Shown: in pieces, positions 62,381-64,000 of the stretch | How the letters are laid out: each line of letters begins with the position of its first letter | Position numbering within the stretch: position 1 is the stretch's first letter | Source: Phycisphaeraceae bacterium | GTDB lineage: Bacteria; Planctomycetota; Phycisphaerae; Phycisphaerales; UBA1924 | Reading direction: 5' to 3' | NCBI GenBank assembly: GCA_026126345.1 | Contig: JAHCJH010000001.1 | Span: 1,205 to 65,204 of the forward strand | DNA length: 64,000 nucleotides | Notes under the pieces: generated by a model | What the model saw: the letters and a program-made list of their open reading frames with translations, nothing else | What the model was told of the DNA's origin: nothing | The model's database searches: none | Position numbers and translations under genes: made by a program

Positions 62381-64000
62381 TCAGCGCGGCGCATCCTTCG
62401 CCGGCACCGGTTCGCCGGGCGCCGGCCCCGCCGACGGCAACCCCAATTGCTCCGGCAATCGCCTGAAGTACCGCCGCAGCAGCCCGTCGTAGCGGCTCGG
62501 CAGCGTTCGATCTTCTACCGCCTTCTGACCGCTGGCCGCCGCCTCGCGGATCACGCTCGCCGCCGCGGCCTGTTCCTGGGGTGACGGTTTGCGTCCCTTG
62601 CCCATCCACTCGGCCACGACACGCTCCGGGCCAGCCGGGGTCTGTGAAGGGTTGCGACGGGCATCGATCACGTCGGTCGCCTGCTCGCCGGCTGGCAGGG
62701 GCCTCGGGGTTGGGTTCGTTGAGCGATCACCCGGTTCATCGCCCGGGCCGCCACCCGGCATCCCGTTCCGCTCGGCGCGATCACCACCGCCCGGCTCCGG
62801 CCGATCGCCGCCTTGTTCGCCCCGCCGCTCGCGGGCCATTTGCTCGGCCAATCGGCGCCACTGCTCGCGCTTCTCTGGCGTTGCCCCTTCGAGCATGCGC
62901 CGGGCCTGCTCGCGCAGTTGCTCGGCCTCACGCGCATCCTGCTGCGGTTGGCGGGAGCGTTCGGCCATCCGCCGCGCCTGTTCGAGCAACCGCTCCATGC
63001 CGGGCGTCGGTGCCGACCCGGGCTCTGGTTGCTGGCCGGGCGACGCCGCTCCACCGGGCGACGGCTGCGGAACAGCCTGCCCGGGCGCCTGCCCCTTCGG
63101 TCCGGGCTGAGGCGTACCCCCCGGCGTCGGCTGATTGGCGGGCTCGCCGGGAGCGGCACGCGGGCCCGCTTCGCCGGGGCTGCCTTGCTTCGAAGCATCG
63201 CGACCCGAGGTTCCAGGGCTGGGCTGGGGGGCACCACCTTGCGGTGGGGCCACGGGCTGCTCCTTGCCATCGGGCGACGGCTGGGGCGATCGCGCATCCG
63301 GGGTTCCGACGGGTTGCGGTCGCGGCTGACCCGACGGGCCGCCATCGGCGCCCGGTGATGGACCGGACTGCTGCGGTCCCTGTTGATTGGCACCCTGCTG
63401 GGGTTGTGGTTGCCCGGATCCCGATGGCTGTCCAGCCTCTGGTTTTGGGCTGGTCGTCGGTTGCTGCGATGGCTGATCTCCGGCGCGACCTTGCTGGTCC
63501 TTGCCGGTCGCCGACGGATCGGGAGACTTCGGGGGTTCCCCGGGCCGACGTGCGTCGGGTTGTGTCGGCTCGCCCTTGGGCGAAACAGAGGGGTTGGCCG
63601 GAGCCGGTTTAGCGTCTGCATCAGCCGGGCCGGCGAGGCTATCGCCGCCGAATCCCAGAACCGCGGGCTGATTCCCGGGCCGCTCGCCCTGATTCGTGTT
63701 CGGCCTGTCCGAAGGCTGGTCGGGAGACTTGGCCTCTCCCGGCCGCTCACCCGGCGGCTTGGACGGAGTGCCGCTCGGCTCTGTTCCGGGCGAAGGTGGT
63801 TGCGAAGGGCGCTCCGGCCCTCCGCCTTTGCCTTTCGGGCCTCCCTCGTTCTCCGAAGGTGGCGGAGGCGACTTGGGTTGCTGCGGCTGGCCCTGCGGCG
63901 AGTTTGACCGCTCCGGCGGCCGCGCATCGGGCGACCGAGGGGGTTCATTGGGTTGCGATCGGGCCGGCGGCGGCGCCGCCGCGGGCTGGCGCAGTTCGTT
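62381..64000 (-). CDS. Pro/Gln/Gly/Ser-rich low-complexity protein with a short helical C-terminal domain; 5' end outside the window
   Basis: By hand translation this frame is stop-free from 62384 to base 64000. The track ORF 62381..63253 merely begins at the first GTG. The C-terminal ~200 aa are helical and charged (ERLLEQARRMAERSR..., LPSRYDGLLRRYFRRLPEQL). It lies directly upstream of the BatA-like gene. Confidence 0.6.
   Translation of the reverse strand, partial: NELRQPAAAPPPARSQPNEPPRSPDARPPERSNSPQGQPQQPKSPPPPSENEGGPKGKGGGPERPSQPPSPGTEPSGTPSKPPGERPGEAKSPDQPSDRPNTNQGERPGNQPAVLGFGGDSLAGPADADAKPAPANPSVSPKGEPTQPDARRPGEPPKSPDPSATGKDQQGRAGDQPSQQPTTSPKPEAGQPSGSGQPQPQQGANQQGPQQSGPSPGADGGPSGQPRPQPVGTPDARSPQPSPDGKEQPVAPPQGGAPQPSPGTSGRDASKQGSPGEAGPRAAPGEPANQPTPGGTPQPGPKGQAPGQAVPQPSPGGAASPGQQPEPGSAPTPGMERLLEQARRMAERSRQPQQDAREAEQLREQARRMLEGATPEKREQWRRLAEQMARERRGEQGGDRPEPGGGDRAERNGMPGGGPGDEPGDRSTNPTPRPLPAGEQATDVIDARRNPSQTPAGPERVVAEWMGKGRKPSPQEQAAAASVIREAAASGQKAVEDRTLPSRYDGLLRRYFRRLPEQLGLPSAGPAPGEPVPAKDAPR

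Noticed and set aside
62668-63948. 426-aa minus-strand ORF in an alternative frame of the Pro-rich gene
   Set aside because: The product is extremely Arg/Ser/Pro-rich and looks wrong-frame. The neighbouring frame runs into a sensible helical C-terminal domain and is open to the window edge.
1-64000. Search for CRISPR arrays, transposases, integrases, prophage genes, toxin-antitoxin pairs or known defence systems
   Set aside because: None was recognised. There are no regularly spaced direct repeats and no ORF with transposase, integrase, restriction, Cas, retron or CBASS-type motifs. I cannot exclude small or highly divergent elements without database searches.

Overview
Very GC-rich (about 70% by eye) bacterial chromosomal segment. 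It carries about 50 protein genes on both strands plus one tRNA-Ala(CGC).

Likely origin (inference only): Planctomycetota, possibly Phycisphaerae-like. The evidence is a DUF1800/DUF1501 pair with a Tat signal, a DUF1559/pseudopilin-like domain, a PEP-CTERM-like tail, dockerin-like C-terminal repeats, many Pro-rich low-complexity extensions, a futalosine-pathway MqnD-type gene and a three-subunit SdhCAB.

Most of the window is housekeeping:
- Cofactor and nucleotide metabolism: coaB(C), purF, nadC, fabI.
- Translation and RNA modification: rpsD, rplT, rpmI, miaB.
- Repair: mutS.
- Respiration: sdhCAB, nuoH.
- Carbon metabolism and proteolysis: galK, apgM, pepF.
- Envelope and transport: lolDE, znuA.

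I saw no CRISPR array, transposase, integrase, prophage or recognisable defence system, and I cannot point to a clear-cut novel multi-gene system.

The ORF track uses ATG/GTG/TTG starts. As expected at this GC content it contains many long antisense or out-of-frame shadow ORFs. I chose frames by recognisable motifs and third-position GC, and re-derived several starts by reading the start codon in the sequence.

The observations most worth a second look are:
1. An ECF sigma factor followed by a membrane protein whose periplasmic domain looks like a DUF1559/pseudopilin domain.
2. An unusually large DUF1800 protein with CBM-like and Ig-like modules and a 15-Met stretch, paired with a Tat-signal DUF1501 protein.
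3. A secreted five-haem cytochrome c that ends in two dockerin-like repeats.
4. A pseudouridine synthase fused to a SAM methyltransferase.
5. A coding-frame switch at a C7 tract in a PEP-CTERM-like gene.
6. A perfect 8-1-8 palindrome upstream of znuA.
7. A lone nuoH apparently co-transcribed with znuA-lolE-lolD.

All functional calls rest on motif recognition from memory. No searches were run.
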